This document shows, piece by piece, positions 27,888-38,359 of a stretch of 64,000 nt of DNA. The stretch covers positions 21,304-85,303 of the forward strand of contig CAWJWM010000014.1 of NCBI GenBank assembly GCA_963846445.1, given 5' to 3'. The notes beneath the pieces are model-generated. The model was given only the letters and a program-made list of their open reading frames with translations. It was not told the DNA's origin and searched no databases. Source of the DNA: an uncultured Verrucomicrobiae bacterium. Its GTDB lineage: Bacteria > Verrucomicrobiota > Verrucomicrobiia > Limisphaerales > J093. The position numbers and the translations under genes are program-made. Within the stretch, counting starts at the first letter, position 1, and every line of letters begins with the position of its first letter.

Positions 27888-28901
27888 ATGACCGGACGAG
27901 AACGCGTGCTGAATCACTTGGAAGGCCAGTCGCCGGATCGCTTGCCCCTGATGCCGATCACCATGCTGTTCGCCGCCACCCAGGCCGGCGTGCGGTATGG
28001 CGACTACGCCAGAGACCACCGGGTGTTGGTCGAAACCCAGATGCGCATCGCCGAGCATTTCCACTTCGACCACGTCTCCTGCATTTCGGACCCGGCGCGG
28101 GAAGCCGCCGATTGCGGCGCCAAGATTCAGTACTTCGACGATCAGCCACCCGCGCTGGTCGAGACCGAGGCGCGGTTGGCCGACAAGTCGGAGCTCATTC
28201 GCCTCAAGCCGCCCGATCCGTTGGGCGGAGGACGGATGACCGACCGCGTGCGGGCGGCGGCTCTGTTCAAGCAGAAGGTGGGAACCGAGAAGTTGATCGA
28301 AGGCTGGATCGAAGGCCCCTGCGCCGAGGCGGCGGACTTGCGCGGGATCAACACCCTCATGACGGATTTCTTCGATGATCCTTCCTTCGTGCGCGATCTG
28401 TTCGATTTCGTGATCGACATGGAACTCCGCTTTGCTGGCGCCCAGGTCGACGCGGGCATCGACCTGATGGGTGTCGGCGACGCGGCGGCGTCGCTCGTTG
28501 GCCCTCAGATCTACGAGGAATTCGTCTGGCCCTACGAGAAGCGTCTCGTCGATGGGTTGCATGCCCTCGGCACCCGAGTCCGATTGCACATCTGCGGCAA
28601 CACCCGGCGCATCCTCGACGGCATGGGCCGCCTGGGCTGTGAGATCGTCGATCTCGATTACCCGTCACCCGTCGGCGACGGACGCGCGCGGATGGGCCCC
28701 CAGCAGGTGCTGCTGGGCAACCTCAACCCAGTCGCCGTTGTGCGGGACGGCACACCGGACTCGATCACGGCCGCCATCGCCGAGTGCCATCGGCAGGCGG
28801 GCCCGCGTTTCATCGTCGGCGCCGGATGCGAAATCCCGCGGGGCACCCCGGAGCCTAACCTTCGGGCCCTGTGCGCCTACGCGCAGACGCATCGGCCATG
28901 A
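27888..28901 (+). CDS. uroporphyrinogen decarboxylase (URO-D) family protein, MtaA/CmuA-like methyltransferase subgroup
   Basis: 338-aa ORF. Pattern ERVLNHLEGQSPDRLPLMP...ISDPAREAADCGA...GVGDAAASLVGPQIYEEF...HICGN...IVGAGCEIP. Confidence 0.75.
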   Translation: MTGRERVLNHLEGQSPDRLPLMPITMLFAATQAGVRYGDYARDHRVLVETQMRIAEHFHFDHVSCISDPAREAADCGAKIQYFDDQPPALVETEARLADKSELIRLKPPDPLGGGRMTDRVRAAALFKQKVGTEKLIEGWIEGPCAEAADLRGINTLMTDFFDDPSFVRDLFDFVIDMELRFAGAQVDAGIDLMGVGDAAASLVGPQIYEEFVWPYEKRLVDGLHALGTRVRLHICGNTRRILDGMGRLGCEIVDLDYPSPVGDGRARMGPQQVLLGNLNPVAVVRDGTPDSITAAIAECHRQAGPRFIVGAGCEIPRGTPEPNLRALCAYAQTHRP

Positions 28902-31705
28902 GGGCAAAGGCGCGCGCTCAGCCAAGCGCCAAGCCGACGTCCGCCTCGAACTGCGGACCCGAGGCGAGCCCGTGGTCCCGGATGGCGCCGCTCCTCATGG
29001 ACTGCGCCCGAGTCCTCATCAGCACTCGTGACGAGGCCGCGCTGACGCACGATGTCTGCCGATTGTTGGTGCGACGGGGCGGTTATCGTGCCGCTTGGAT
29101 CTGCCTCAAGCGGGATGGCGCGCCCGGGAGCTATCGCCTGTCAGCCTCGTGTGGCCCCCGAAGCGCTCTGGCTCCGAACCCCTGTGGCCCGTGTACCGGC
29201 GAGTCCCAGAGGGCCTGTCCGATCGATTCTCCGGTCCGCTCCGATGCGGCTGGGACCTCCGGCCTGCTGGTTCTGTCGTTGAAGGAGGGGCGGGAAATGC
29301 TGGGAAACCTGCACCTCGGATTGAAACCTCACACGACGGCGCGCGCCGAAGAAGTGCAGGCACTCGAACACCTGGCCGGGACTTTGGCGCTGCGGATCGC
29401 CCGGTTGCGTGCCGGTCGGCGCCATCGCCAAGCCAAACACGCCATCATCGACGCACTGCGGCGGTTCCATGGCGCGCTCCAGGCAACACCGCTGGTCGCC
29501 ATCCAGCGGTTGGACCGCACCGGCTTGGTGCGGCACTGGAATGAAGCCTCGACTCGACTCTACGGGTTTGCGCCTGAGCGCGCGCTCGAACACCGGTTGG
29601 CCGACCTTCTGCTCGATGGCGAACAAGCTGCCGCCTTCGATCGGCTCCTCCAGTCTGCCTGGGAGGTCGGGCGGGGCGGGCCGACAGCCCAATGGCGAGT
29701 CGTGTGCGCCGATGGCAGTCACCGCCACGTGACCGCCAGCCTGATTCCGATTCGCGAGCACGACAAGGTCGTGGATCTGTTCTGCATGGAAGTGGATGTC
29801 ACCGACCGGCGCCGAGCCGAAGACGCGCTCGAGGAGAGCGAGGCGCGGTATCGGGATCTGGTGGACGCCGCGCCGCTGGCGGTTCTGGTGCACCAGGAAG
29901 GCATGGTTCGGTTCGCGAACGCCGCCGCGCTCGAATTGCTCGGGGCGCACCAACCCGACGAATTGTGCTGGCGCCCCCTGGCCAGCCTGGTTCACCCCGA
30001 GGCTCAAGGCCGGCTCGATGACGTCAGCCGCGATGGCGCACGTCACCCGTTCGCACTCGATCTGGTGCGCCTGGACGGAGGGGTGGTGAATGCCGAAGTC
30101 GCCTCGGTTCCACTGCGCTGGGAGAATCGACCAGCCGAACAGTGGCTGATCCGCGACCGCACCCTGACCCACCGAATCCAGTGGGAACTCGAAGCCGCCC
30201 GCGGCAAGCTGGCTCGCATCTTCGAGTCCAGCCCGGCGGCCATCTTGATCTGTTCCCTCCCCGAACACCGCCTGCTCGAAGCCAACCCCGCCTTCTGGCG
30301 ATTAGTCGGGTACGAGCGCAAAGACCTGCTCGGCCGAACACTGACGGAGTCGGGCTTTTGGCCTGAAGACCAGCCGGCCCGCATGCCCTCGGCCTCGCGG
30401 CCTCCCACCCCAAAAACGCCCAGCTTCGAACTCCCCATCCAAACACGCGACGGCGGCCTCCGCCAGATGTTGGTCTCGGTGGACGATTTCGATTTCGGCG
30501 ATCAGCGCAGCCGGCTGTTGATCATGATCGATATCACCGAGCGAAAACGGCTCGAGTCGGATTTGCGCGAATCGCAAAAACTCGAAGCAATGGGCCTCTT
30601 GGCCCGCGGTGTCGCCCATGACCTCAACAATATCCTCACCGTCATCCAGGGCCACCAAAGCCTCATCCCCCTGGGCAGCCGCTTGGCCCCCCAAGCGCAG
30701 AACTCCCTCGCCGGCATCAGCGAAGCCGTCGAGCAAGCCTCGGAACTGACCCGCCAATTGCTCTCGTTCAGCCGCAAGCGCCCAATGGAAGCGCGTCGGG
30801 TCGACCTCAATGAGTTGATCGGCAGCGTTGCCGGAGTTCTGCGGCGGATGCTCGGCCCCCGAATCCAATTGGCGCTGCGGTGCGCCCCGCGGCTCGGGTG
30901 CGTTTGGGCGGATCCCGGCATGCTTGAACAAGTCATCATCAACCTCGCCGCCAACGCCCGCGATGCCATGCCCCAAGGGGGACGGCTCACGCTGGCCACC
31001 GACCTTCGCTTCGTCCGCCACCCGCCCGCCCACTTGCACCCCGCTGCCGCCGCCGGCGATTACCTCTGTCTGTCAGTCCAGGATACGGGGCGGGGGATCG
31101 CCCCGGAGAACCTCAGGCAGGTGTTCGAGCCGTTCTTCACCACCAAGGCGGTCGCCAAAGGCACCGGCCTCGGTCTGGCCACCGTGCGCCATATCGTTCA
31201 ACAACACCAGGGTTGGATCGATGCCGATTCCTCCGAGGATGAAGGGACGACCTTCCGCGTCTATTTGCCCGCCGTCGTCAATCCCCGGCGGTCTGCGTCC
31301 AGGTCGAAACCCGCCTCATCCGCGGGCGGCAGCCGCCAGGCCATCCTGCTCGTCGAGGACGAGCCCGCCGTCCGGGACTTGACACGTCAGGTTCTGGAGC
31401 GTTCCGGTTATCGCGTGCTGGCCGCCCAGGACGAATCTTCCGCCACACGGCTTTGGCGAAAGCACGGAGCCGCCATTCGCTTGCTCATCGCCGATCTCGT
31501 CCTGCCAGGCGGCATGGATGGAGGCGAGTTGGCGCAGCGCCTCCAGGCGGAGCGACCCGGTCTGCGGGTGATTCTGAGCACCGGGTACGGACTTGACCTG
31601 GACGACGGCAGATGGCAGGCGCTCGCGTCGGCACGCCTGTTGCCCAAACCTTTCTCCCCCGACGCCTTGGCACGGTATGTGCGCGAATGCCTCGAGGAGC
31701 CTTAA
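28898..31705 (+). CDS. hybrid sensor histidine kinase (GAF, multiple PAS, HisKA, HATPase_c, receiver)
   Basis: The ATG overlaps the upstream stop (ATGA). H-box [18 protein letters not shown]-box GTGLGLATV, receiver [13 protein letters not shown]...[14 protein letters not shown]. Confidence 0.85.
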   Translation: MRAKARAQPSAKPTSASNCGPEASPWSRMAPLLMDCARVLISTRDEAALTHDVCRLLVRRGGYRAAWICLKRDGAPGSYRLSASCGPRSALAPNPCGPCTGESQRACPIDSPVRSDAAGTSGLLVLSLKEGREMLGNLHLGLKPHTTARAEEVQALEHLAGTLALRIARLRAGRRHRQAKHAIIDALRRFHGALQATPLVAIQRLDRTGLVRHWNEASTRLYGFAPERALEHRLADLLLDGEQAAAFDRLLQSAWEVGRGGPTAQWRVVCADGSHRHVTASLIPIREHDKVVDLFCMEVDVTDRRRAEDALEESEARYRDLVDAAPLAVLVHQEGMVRFANAAALELLGAHQPDELCWRPLASLVHPEAQGRLDDVSRDGARHPFALDLVRLDGGVVNAEVASVPLRWENRPAEQWLIRDRTLTHRIQWELEAARGKLARIFESSPAAILICSLPEHRLLEANPAFWRLVGYERKDLLGRTLTESGFWPEDQPARMPSASRPPTPKTPSFELPIQTRDGGLRQMLVSVDDFDFGDQRSRLLIMIDITERKRLESDLRESQKLEAMGLLARGVAHDLNNILTVIQGHQSLIPLGSRLAPQAQNSLAGISEAVEQASELTRQLLSFSRKRPMEARRVDLNELIGSVAGVLRRMLGPRIQLALRCAPRLGCVWADPGMLEQVIINLAANARDAMPQGGRLTLATDLRFVRHPPAHLHPAAAAGDYLCLSVQDTGRGIAPENLRQVFEPFFTTKAVAKGTGLGLATVRHIVQQHQGWIDADSSEDEGTTFRVYLPAVVNPRRSASRSKPASSAGGSRQAILLVEDEPAVRDLTRQVLERSGYRVLAAQDESSATRLWRKHGAAIRLLIADLVLPGGMDGGELAQRLQAERPGLRVILSTGYGLDLDDGRWQALASARLLPKPFSPDALARYVRECLEEP

Positions 31706-31713
31706 GGCCCCCC

Positions 31714-32529
31714 ATGCTCCGCTTCCAACCGATTGATTCCTTCGATCTGCCGGGGTTGGCGCCCTATCGCACAATGCGCCTCCCGCACGAGCACCTGGTC
31801 GAGCGCATCTTCGTCGCCGAAGGCGAAAAGGTCGTGCGCCGGCTTCTCGAAAGCCGACTCGACGTCCTGTCCGCCCTCATGCCGGAGCATCACGCCGAGG
31901 CGATGCGGCCCTTGCTCGAAGCGCGGGCCCCGGGCATTCGAGTCTATACGGCCGCACGCGTCCTGCTCGAACAACTGGCCGGGTACTCGATGTATCAGGG
32001 CGTGCTGGCCGTCGGGCGGATGCCAGAACCGTTGGCCCTCGAAACCGCCTGGCAACGCAGCGCGCGCCCCAGGCTCTTCGTCGCCGTCGACGGACTGGCC
32101 AATGCCGAGAACCTGGGCGCCGTGGTGCGCAACGCCGTCGCCTTCGGCGCACACGCGCTGATTGTCGGCGAGACGTCCAGCAGCCCGTACCTCCGCCGGG
32201 CCGTTCGCAGCTCGATGGGCACGGTCTTCGACCTCCCAGTGGTTGAGACCAACGATCTCCCGGCCGCGCTGACCCAGTTGCGCGCCAAAGGCATGCTCTG
32301 CGTCGCCGCCCACCCGCACACCGACCAGCGCACAATCGCCCAAACCCAACTCGCCGCCGATTCCTGCCTGGTCTTGGGCAATGAAGGCGACGGGATCGCC
32401 CCCTCCGTGCGCGCCGCCTGCGACGAGTGCGTCGCCATCCCCATGCCGCCTGCCGTGGACTCGCTCAATGTGGCCAGCGCCGCCGCCGTGTTTCTGTTCG
32501 AGGCCAATCGCCAGCGGGGACGCATGTGA
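31714..32529 (+). CDS. TrmH/SpoU family RNA 2'-O-methyltransferase
   Basis: NAENLGAVVRNAVAFG, LVLGNEGDGI, IPMPPAVDSLNVASAAAVFLFE. Confidence 0.85.
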   Translation: MLRFQPIDSFDLPGLAPYRTMRLPHEHLVERIFVAEGEKVVRRLLESRLDVLSALMPEHHAEAMRPLLEARAPGIRVYTAARVLLEQLAGYSMYQGVLAVGRMPEPLALETAWQRSARPRLFVAVDGLANAENLGAVVRNAVAFGAHALIVGETSSSPYLRRAVRSSMGTVFDLPVVETNDLPAALTQLRAKGMLCVAAHPHTDQRTIAQTQLAADSCLVLGNEGDGIAPSVRAACDECVAIPMPPAVDSLNVASAAAVFLFEANRQRGRM

Positions 32530-32715
32530 GGAAGACCACGGATCCCCCGGCCAAACCGAATCTGGACGGGGCGGTTTTCGGGTTGAATCGCCAGCGCGGG
32601 GACGCAAGATGGACCGGTGAACGCTCCGCACGCGCACCCCCCGGTGGGTGGATGGCCAGGGCTCCTGGATCAGCCGAGGCCGCGCCCCGGGGCGATGAGC
32701 GGTCCTCCTGCACTT

Positions 32716-34071
32716 ATGAACGCATCCGAAACTCTCACGCGCCGGTCTTTCCTGGAGAAGGCCGCGACACTCTCGGCCATTGGATTCGCCGCTCCGGCGA
32801 TCGAGGCGGCGGACGCGCCGCGCCCGGCTCGGCGGATCGGCCCCAACGACCGAATCCACCTTGGCCTGTTGGGTTGCGGCGGCATGGGCCGGGCCAATCT
32901 CAACGAGTGCGCGAAGCATGCGGACGTTGTCGTCACGGCGGCATGCGACGTCTGGCAAGCGCGGCGCGACGCCGTCTGCGCGCAGTTCAAGGACACCTGC
33001 AAGCCGTATCGCGACTATCGCGAGATGTTGGCCCAGCCGGATCTGGATGCCGTGATTATTGCCACGCCGCCGCATTGGCACACGCTCACCGCGATCGAGG
33101 CCTGCGCAGCGGGGAAGGATATCTATCTGCAGAAGCCGATGACGCTTCATCTGGGCGAAAGCCTGGCGGTGCGCAACGCCGTCAAGCGTCACGGACGCAT
33201 CAGTCAGATCGGCACCCAAATCCACGCCGGCGACAACTACCGCCGGGTGGTCGAGTTTGTCCGGTCGGGCAAACTCGGCCCGATCGGCGTGGCACGCACC
33301 TTCAACGTCATGAACCAGGGGCCGGAGGGAGTCGGCACCAGTCCCGTCACCACGCCGCCGGAGGGGATGGACTGGGAGTTCTGGTGCGGCCCGGCGCCAC
33401 GGCGCCCCTTCCATCCGATTCTCGCCGAGAACGCCTACAACCACGGATCCTGGATGGACTACAGCGGCGGGTGGACGCCGGGCATGGCCCCCCACATCAT
33501 CGACCTCCCGGTATGGGCGCTCGATTTGGGGTACCCGACCGTCACCAGCGCGGCGGGCGGACGCTACATTGTCCAGGACGACGGAGACGCCTACGACCAT
33601 CACGAAGTGTTGTGGCAGTATCCCAAGTTCACCCTCACCTGGATGTCGTCTTTGACCAACAGCTACGACTTCACGATGCGGGGCGATGCCGAACCCGAGC
33701 GGCGTTTGGGCATCTATTTCCAGGGCACCAACGCCACGCTTTACGCCAATTACGGAATGTACCGGCTCCTGGCGGAGGGCAAGCGTCTCGAAAGCAAGGA
33801 ACCGCCGCCGGCGACCATCCCGCCCTCGCCCGGGCACGAGCGCGAATGGCTCGACTGCATCAAATCGCGCCAGCAGCCGGGTTGCAGTGTGTTCTATCAC
33901 GTCAAAGTCGACGTGCCGATTGTCCTGAGTCTGCTCTCGTTGAAGTTGGGCCGAGCGATCCGCTTCGACCCGGCCACGGAGCGGATTGTGGGCGACACGG
34001 AAGCCGCGCGACTGGCGGTCCCCGAGTATCGTGCGCCCTGGAAATTCCCGCGTGAGTATCTCGACGCTTAG
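32716..34071 (+). CDS. Gfo/Idh/MocA family oxidoreductase with twin-arginine signal
   Basis: MNASETLTRRSFLEKAA, Rossmann motif LGLLGCGGMGRANL, IATPPHWH. An alternative ATG is at 32695. Confidence 0.85.
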   Translation: MNASETLTRRSFLEKAATLSAIGFAAPAIEAADAPRPARRIGPNDRIHLGLLGCGGMGRANLNECAKHADVVVTAACDVWQARRDAVCAQFKDTCKPYRDYREMLAQPDLDAVIIATPPHWHTLTAIEACAAGKDIYLQKPMTLHLGESLAVRNAVKRHGRISQIGTQIHAGDNYRRVVEFVRSGKLGPIGVARTFNVMNQGPEGVGTSPVTTPPEGMDWEFWCGPAPRRPFHPILAENAYNHGSWMDYSGGWTPGMAPHIIDLPVWALDLGYPTVTSAAGGRYIVQDDGDAYDHHEVLWQYPKFTLTWMSSLTNSYDFTMRGDAEPERRLGIYFQGTNATLYANYGMYRLLAEGKRLESKEPPPATIPPSPGHEREWLDCIKSRQQPGCSVFYHVKVDVPIVLSLLSLKLGRAIRFDPATERIVGDTEAARLAVPEYRAPWKFPREYLDA

Positions 34072-34165
34072 CCCGCATTTCTCACCAACTTTCGATGTCA
34101 TCTGACCGGTCACCGTCCCATTTCACTTCAAATGCGGGCTGTCAGAAACCCGTGCCCCAAACAGA
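34070..34165 (+). repeat. diverged partial copy of module D (5' hairpin plus start of long stem)
   Basis: AGCCCGCATTTCTCACCA...AAATGCGGGCTGTCAGAAACCCGTGCCCC compared with AGCCCGGATTTCTCACCA...GAAATCCGGGCTGTGGCAAAACCGCGCCC. It starts in the stop codon of the preceding gene. Confidence 0.6.
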
Positions 34166-34284
34166 TGGACCCAATCTCGATCCACAGTGTGTCCGCGTGC
34201 CCGGGTCGCCCAAGCGGCTGGGGAGCGTCCCGGCGTTGATGAACCGATGAGCCAATTCTGCTTGCTGGGCGCGGGTTTCATCAG

Positions 34285-34349
34285 ACCCGGACATCTCACC
34301 CGCGGACTGTCAGGTATGCCGCGACCGCCCCTCTGGTGAGATTTCCGGG
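34285..34349 (-). repeat. module H (65-nt long hairpin, CCCGGAAATCTCACC...GGTGAGATNTCCGGG)
   Basis: Its reverse complement is ~90 percent identical by eye to 38361-38424. Confidence 0.75.
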
Positions 34350-34359
34350 TGAGCGAGGT

Positions 34360-36494
34360 TCATTTCGCATCGAGGTTGATCTCTCCTGCCCAGTCGGGCG
34401 GCGGCGGGTTCTCCTGCAGGACTCGAATTTGACCCAGGTAGAACTGGGAGGGGCCGTCTGTCCCCCGCAGTCGACAGACTTCCTGGAAAGCCGCCTCCGC
34501 CACCCCCCAGGCGCGCCGCCGAAAATGGTGCAGACCGAGGGCGAACTGGTCCCGCCAGGACGCCGAAGCCGGATCGGACGGCGGCGCGAGTTCGAGAAGT
34601 TCGCACACTTCGACAACGCGGTCGAAGCCTTTGAACCGGAACTGGCCCACAGACCGGCTGACAACGTGCGGTTCGATTTGGTGAGAGAAATCGCGCGAGG
34701 CGAGGATGGACGTGCCCAGCCGTTGGTTGAGGCCCTCGAGACGTGAGGCCAGGTTCACGGCATCGCCGATGGCCGTGTACTGGAAGCGGTCCGGGCTCCC
34801 CAGGTTGCCCACGCAGACAGGCCCGGTATGCAGCCCGATCCGGGTCCGCAGAGGAAGTTCGGACGAGGTCTCGTCCAGCACCAGCGAACACTGGTTCAAT
34901 AGGAAAGCCGCCTGGCACGCCCGCGCGACGTGATCGTCGTTGTTCCTGGGGCGCGTTCCAAAGCGCGAAAATGGCGTCGCCGATCAGACTCACCACCGTG
35001 CCATCCTGCTCGTGGATACAGGCAATGGTCCGGGCGTAGTACTGGTTGAGCCAGTCCAGCAGACCGGCCGCGTCCATCCGTTCCGCACGCTTCGAGAAAT
35101 TGGCGATATCACTGTAGAGGATGCTGACCGTCTGCTCGCGCCCACCGGGGTGGAGCAACTCGGGGTGTTTGAGGAGGCGACCGACCTGTTTGGGCGAGAG
35201 GTAGAGCGCGAGCGATCGTTCGAGAACGCCGCTTTGGACTCGGGCCTTGGTTGCGTGAAACACAACTCCCCAGACCAGACCGGCAGGAATCTGCACGGCC
35301 AAAATGATGGCCCAGGGGAACCAGAGGCGCAGGCCGGTCTGCAGCGCGCACGCCCCCGCAAAGACCGCCACGGCAGATCCGACCGCCACCGCCAGTCCGA
35401 CCAGCGGATGCCAGCGCGTCAGGAGCACCCCGGCCGCCACACCGCTAAGGACAATCGCCAGCAAAGTCGGGATCATCGGTACCTCCCGCAGCCATCGACC
35501 CTCGATCAAATTAGCGCACGCGGTGGCATGGACCTCCACGCCGTCGAATCTCCGCCCGCCTGCGTACGGGCTGCCGGAACGTGTCGGCGTCGGGCGGGGC
35601 GAAGGCCGTCCCGGTAAACGACACCCCGCGGCGCTCGCCAATGAAGACAATGCGGTTGCTGAAGAACCCGTCGCAGGCGTTGCTCAAGACGCGCCAATAG
35701 GGCACAGGCTCGATCGTGCCGGGCGGACCGTAGTAATTCAGATGCCAACTTGTCGGCGGCGCGTTCGACCGCGCATTGAGGCCGGCACCGCCCGCCGCCG
35801 CCGCAACCCACGCCAGCGTGGGATAATTCGTTTGCGCCTCGTTCCGCCCCGCCGCATGGCCATCCGGAATCCATGGCAACAGCCGACGCACCGTCGTGTC
35901 TGGGTCCTTGAGGAGTTCGATCGCGCCGTGCCCGAGCGCCGCTGAAAGGAGCATGGGCTGCGGCAGGCGCAACAACGGCCGCGGCGGTTCGCTGCTCTCG
36001 CTTTGGAAGCGCAGACTGCTTCCAAGGACCACCCCGCCGGCGTCGCGGATGGCCGACGCCAGCGGCGTATAATCGACGCTGCGCTGCTCCTGGAAGAGAA
36101 TATCGAACACGACCAACCGGGCGCCGGCTCCGCGCAACCGCTCCACTACGCGCGCGTGGAGCGCTGGATCCCACGGCATGCCGTAGTCTTGTTGGTGGCG
36201 TCGATGCGAGTCATCGTCCAGGGCGACAATGACCACGTCTTCGGGCGCCGTTGGCAACCGAACGGAGCAGGCGAAGGGCAGATTGTAACTGACTCGGCGC
36301 AGGCCGGCCCCGATATAGGGATTGAGGAACACAAGGCCTGCCACGACGGTGAGCAGGCTGCCCACCAGAGCCCCGAAACCGTTCCGCAGCACTCGATCTG
36401 GCAGTCTCACAGCGCGTCCATCGACCGAGCCCGGGCCGGCATCTTCCCGCTCCTGCGTCGCGGGAAGATGCAGCGCCGCTGCGCGGCGCAACAA
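34360..36494 (-). pseudogene. CHASE2 sensor domain - TM - class III adenylate/guanylate cyclase; two apparent +1 frameshifts near 35573 and 34941; start 36494 or GTG 36410
   Basis: CHASE2-like N-terminus (VVIVALDDDS..VVFDILF..IVFIGE), then SPYAGGRRFDGVEVHATACANLIEG and TMs. Cyclase motifs ILYSDIANFS, IGDAIFALWNAP, RIGLHTGPVCVGNLGS, YTAIGDAVNLASRLE are spread over three frames. Confidence 0.8.
36441..36489 (-). repeat. module E (inverted), with compensatory change in hairpin 2 (TCTTCCCGC..GCGGGAAGA)
   Basis: ATCTTCCCGCTCCTGCGTCGCGGGAAGATGCAGCGCCGCTGCGCGGCGC. Confidence 0.75.
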
Positions 36495-36537
36495 CTTGAC
36501 TCATTGACTACAGATTTCATCGAGGAAGTCACTCTAG
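36478..36537 (-). repeat. module X
   Basis: GCTGCGCGGCGCAACAACTTGACTCATTGACTACAGATTTCATCGAGGAAGTCACTCTAG. Confidence 0.8.
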
Positions 36538-36772
36538 CCCGGATTTCTCACCACCGGGAAGATGACACGGAAATCCGGGCTGTGGCAAAACCGCGCCCGG
36601 ACAGGGGAAAACAAGGGTCAGAGCATCCCCGAAGCCGCCCTGGCTCGGCGACACTCTGTTGCCCGGTTCCATCCATCCACTCGGGCGCGGTTTTGCTTTT
36701 CTAGCGCGCATGGCTGCCTCTCCGGATGACATCTGCTTCGCGTTGCACAAAACCTGGTAGAAATGCGCGCTA
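36536..36772 (+). repeat. module D copy 1: ~237-nt structured element (candidate ncRNA or structured MITE)
   Basis: About 88 percent identical by eye to 44826-44993 over the first ~168 nt. Contains a 12-bp hairpin, a 15-bp long-range stem and a 10-bp 3' hairpin. Confidence 0.75.
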
Positions 36773-36857
36773 GCGAGGCGCGCCTCAGACCAAATCCCAA
36801 TCTTCGACATCATGAACTGCCCTTTCGCTTTCCTGTCCTTCTCTCCCGCGCCTCGCT
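36772..36857 (+). repeat. module A, full 86-nt copy with 11-nt terminal inverted repeats AGCGAGGCGCG / CGCGCCTCGCT
   Basis: Aligns with 63289-63374 (reverse), 44745-44825, 9335-9399 (reverse) and 40689-40745. Confidence 0.85.
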
Positions 36858-36861
36858 CCTT

Positions 36862-36934
36862 AGAATCCTTGACCCCTTCAACGCAGCATAGAAACTTGAC
36901 TTGTCTGCAACACATTTGACCGGTCAAGGATTCT
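36862..36934 (-). repeat. module B: 73-nt hairpin with perfect 13-bp stem AGAATCCTTGACC / GGTCAAGGATTCT
   Basis: The loop is the reverse complement (~83 percent identity by eye) of the loop at 63225-63271. Confidence 0.85.
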
Positions 36935-36963
36935 CGTGAGATGCGCCCCCATTGCCTTTCTCT

Positions 36964-38302
36964 CTAATTCAGTTCGGGCTCGTTGTTGGCGATGATCGCC
37001 TTGTCGCCGATTTCGTTGGTGATTTCCACGCCGCGCACGCCGTTGTTCTCGGTGACGATGGCGTGCTGGAGGCCTTTCTTCAGCGCGATGCTGGGTTCGT
37101 CGGTGCCGAAGCTGCAGCCGCGCACCTGGAGTTTGCCGCCGTCGGCCTCGACGAGCGCGACACCCGGGTTCTTCGCGCGCCCGGTGCTGCTGAGGTAGCA
37201 GTCCGAGAGCGACACGAAGCTCTTGCTGTGCGAGACGACGCATTGGCGGTTCGGCCCCCAGAACGCGCAGTTCACCAGCCGCACCGAGCCGCGACAGGTG
37301 TTCTCGACCAGCACCGGAATGCGCGTGTCGCCGTGCATGCAGACGAACTGGCCGTTCGAGATCAGCAGGCCCATCGGCTGGATGTCCTCGACCTTCACGC
37401 ACACCTGCGCCTCGTCGGCGCCGATGCCGGAGAACTGACCGTTGGCCGCGCCCGCCTGGGTCTTGATGAACCGGTAGCCGATGTTCACCGGGAAAGACGA
37501 AGGTGTTGTTGACGTATTCCCAGTCGGTGCGGCCGAAGATGAACGCCTCGCAGTTCCTCCACATGAACTCGTGCACCGGCTTCCAGTCGCCGCCAACCTG
37601 CCGCGGCCGACCACCAGTGGCAGTGGAACTGGACGTTCTCGATGCGGCCGATGTCGGTGCATGCGTCCACGAAGATGCCCCGGCGCAACACGCAGCCGTA
37701 GACGCTGCGGATGCGGTGGCGCACGTTGCCTTCCGGGCCGATGCGGATGCCGTTGTAAGTGTTGATGAGCGTGACGTTCTCGACCGTGTTGTCGTGGCCT
37801 TGCAGGTGGAAGGTCCAGGCGTAGGGGTGAATGTTGGTGGTCTGCTGCTCCGGATAGAAGACCGTCAGGCCGCGCACCGCGGAGGAATGGCCCATCTCGA
37901 ACAGCGCCGGGCCGTCCTCGTTGTCGCGTCCGCCGGTGGCCAGGATGATCGAGCCTTTCAGCGGTTCGCTCCAGACCGGCGACTCCATCACGCCTTGCAG
38001 GGTCACGCCGGGCGGGATCGCGCAGGCTGCCGGCGACCAGGTAGCGCGCGGGCGGCAGCAGCACCTCGCCGCCGGCCTGGGCGGCTTGGTCCAAGGCCCG
38101 CTGGAGAGCAGCGGTGTCATCGGCGATGCCGTCAGCCCGGACGCCCGGGAAACCCGCGGCTGCGGATGCTAAAGATGGCAGGTCGGCGTCTGCTGCCCGG
38201 GTTGTGGGGACGAGACAGGAGCGACCAGGCTGCCAGCGCTGTCACCAGCACGTTCGTGGGAGTCGAGGGGACAGAAGAGATGCGCTTGGATGCGTGTATC
38301 AT
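36964..38302 (-). pseudogene. secreted right-handed beta-helix (pectate-lyase fold, GH28-related) protein; four apparent +1 frameshifts near 38200, 38022, 37593 and 37490
   Basis: The path runs MIHASKRISS..LVTALAAWSLL, then FPGVRADGIADDTAALQRALDQAAQAGGEVLLPPARYLVAGSL, then AIPPGVTLQGV...NVTLINTYNGIRIG...HCHWW, then GDWKPVHEFMWRNCEAFIFGRTDWEYVNNTFVFP, then VNIGYRFIKT...IANNEPELN. The frame steps 1>0>2>1>0. Confidence 0.75.
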
Positions 38303-38359
38303 GGATCGGAGTCTGGATCGGCCCGGAGATGCTCGCAAACCCGAAAACAGAGGGCCATA

